64,000 bases of DNA, taken from NCBI GenBank assembly GCA_964016885.1, contig OZ024740.1:362266001-362330000 (forward strand), read 5' to 3'. The translations under genes and the position numbers were made by a program. The stretch's first letter is position 1. The number at the start of each line of letters is the position of its first letter. Below the pieces are notes generated by a model. That model was not told the DNA's origin. It ran no database searches and worked only from the letters and a program-made list of their open reading frames with translations. Of the stretch, positions 63,813 through 64,000 are shown piece after piece. Source of the stretch: Eledone cirrhosa (Eukaryota).

Positions 63813-64000
63813 ATATGTATGTTATGCATGTATGTATGTATGTTCTTCTGGTTTAATAATTTCACAAAGTTTTACCAATAGAGAGAGAGTCGGTTTCTAA
63901 CATAGACACAAGACTCTCTCATTGGAACTTACACAACATCAACTAGGTAGATATGTATGTATGCATGTGTAGATATGGATGTTATTGTATGTGTGGATGT

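Overview
AT-rich, microsatellite-dense eukaryotic DNA. The RTE LINE/tRNA-CORE SINE repertoire looks cephalopod/Octopus-like (inference only). Two spliced host genes converge tail-to-tail. One is a 3-exon secreted fibrinogen-related-domain gene (+, CDS 16425-22750, 357 aa). The other is an atypical Gyc-89D-like soluble guanylyl cyclase (-, 9 coding exons traced 42061-26511, last exon unresolved). Most of the rest is mobile-element debris: RTE, CR1 and R4/Dong-like LINEs, a maT-type transposase relic, MITEs, SINEs and a 78-bp minisatellite. The most striking unannotated signal is more than 15 complete, partial or degenerate type I hammerhead-ribozyme motifs (CUGANGA-stem II-GAAA-stem III, usually palindromic-UH). 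They belong to many mutually dissimilar short non-coding elements and cluster at 44-52 kb. They sit in (TA)n tracts as inverted pairs, or as fold-back palindromes centred on stem II. This fits Penelope-like/retrozyme-type elements. All alignments and folds were done by eye and need computational confirmation.
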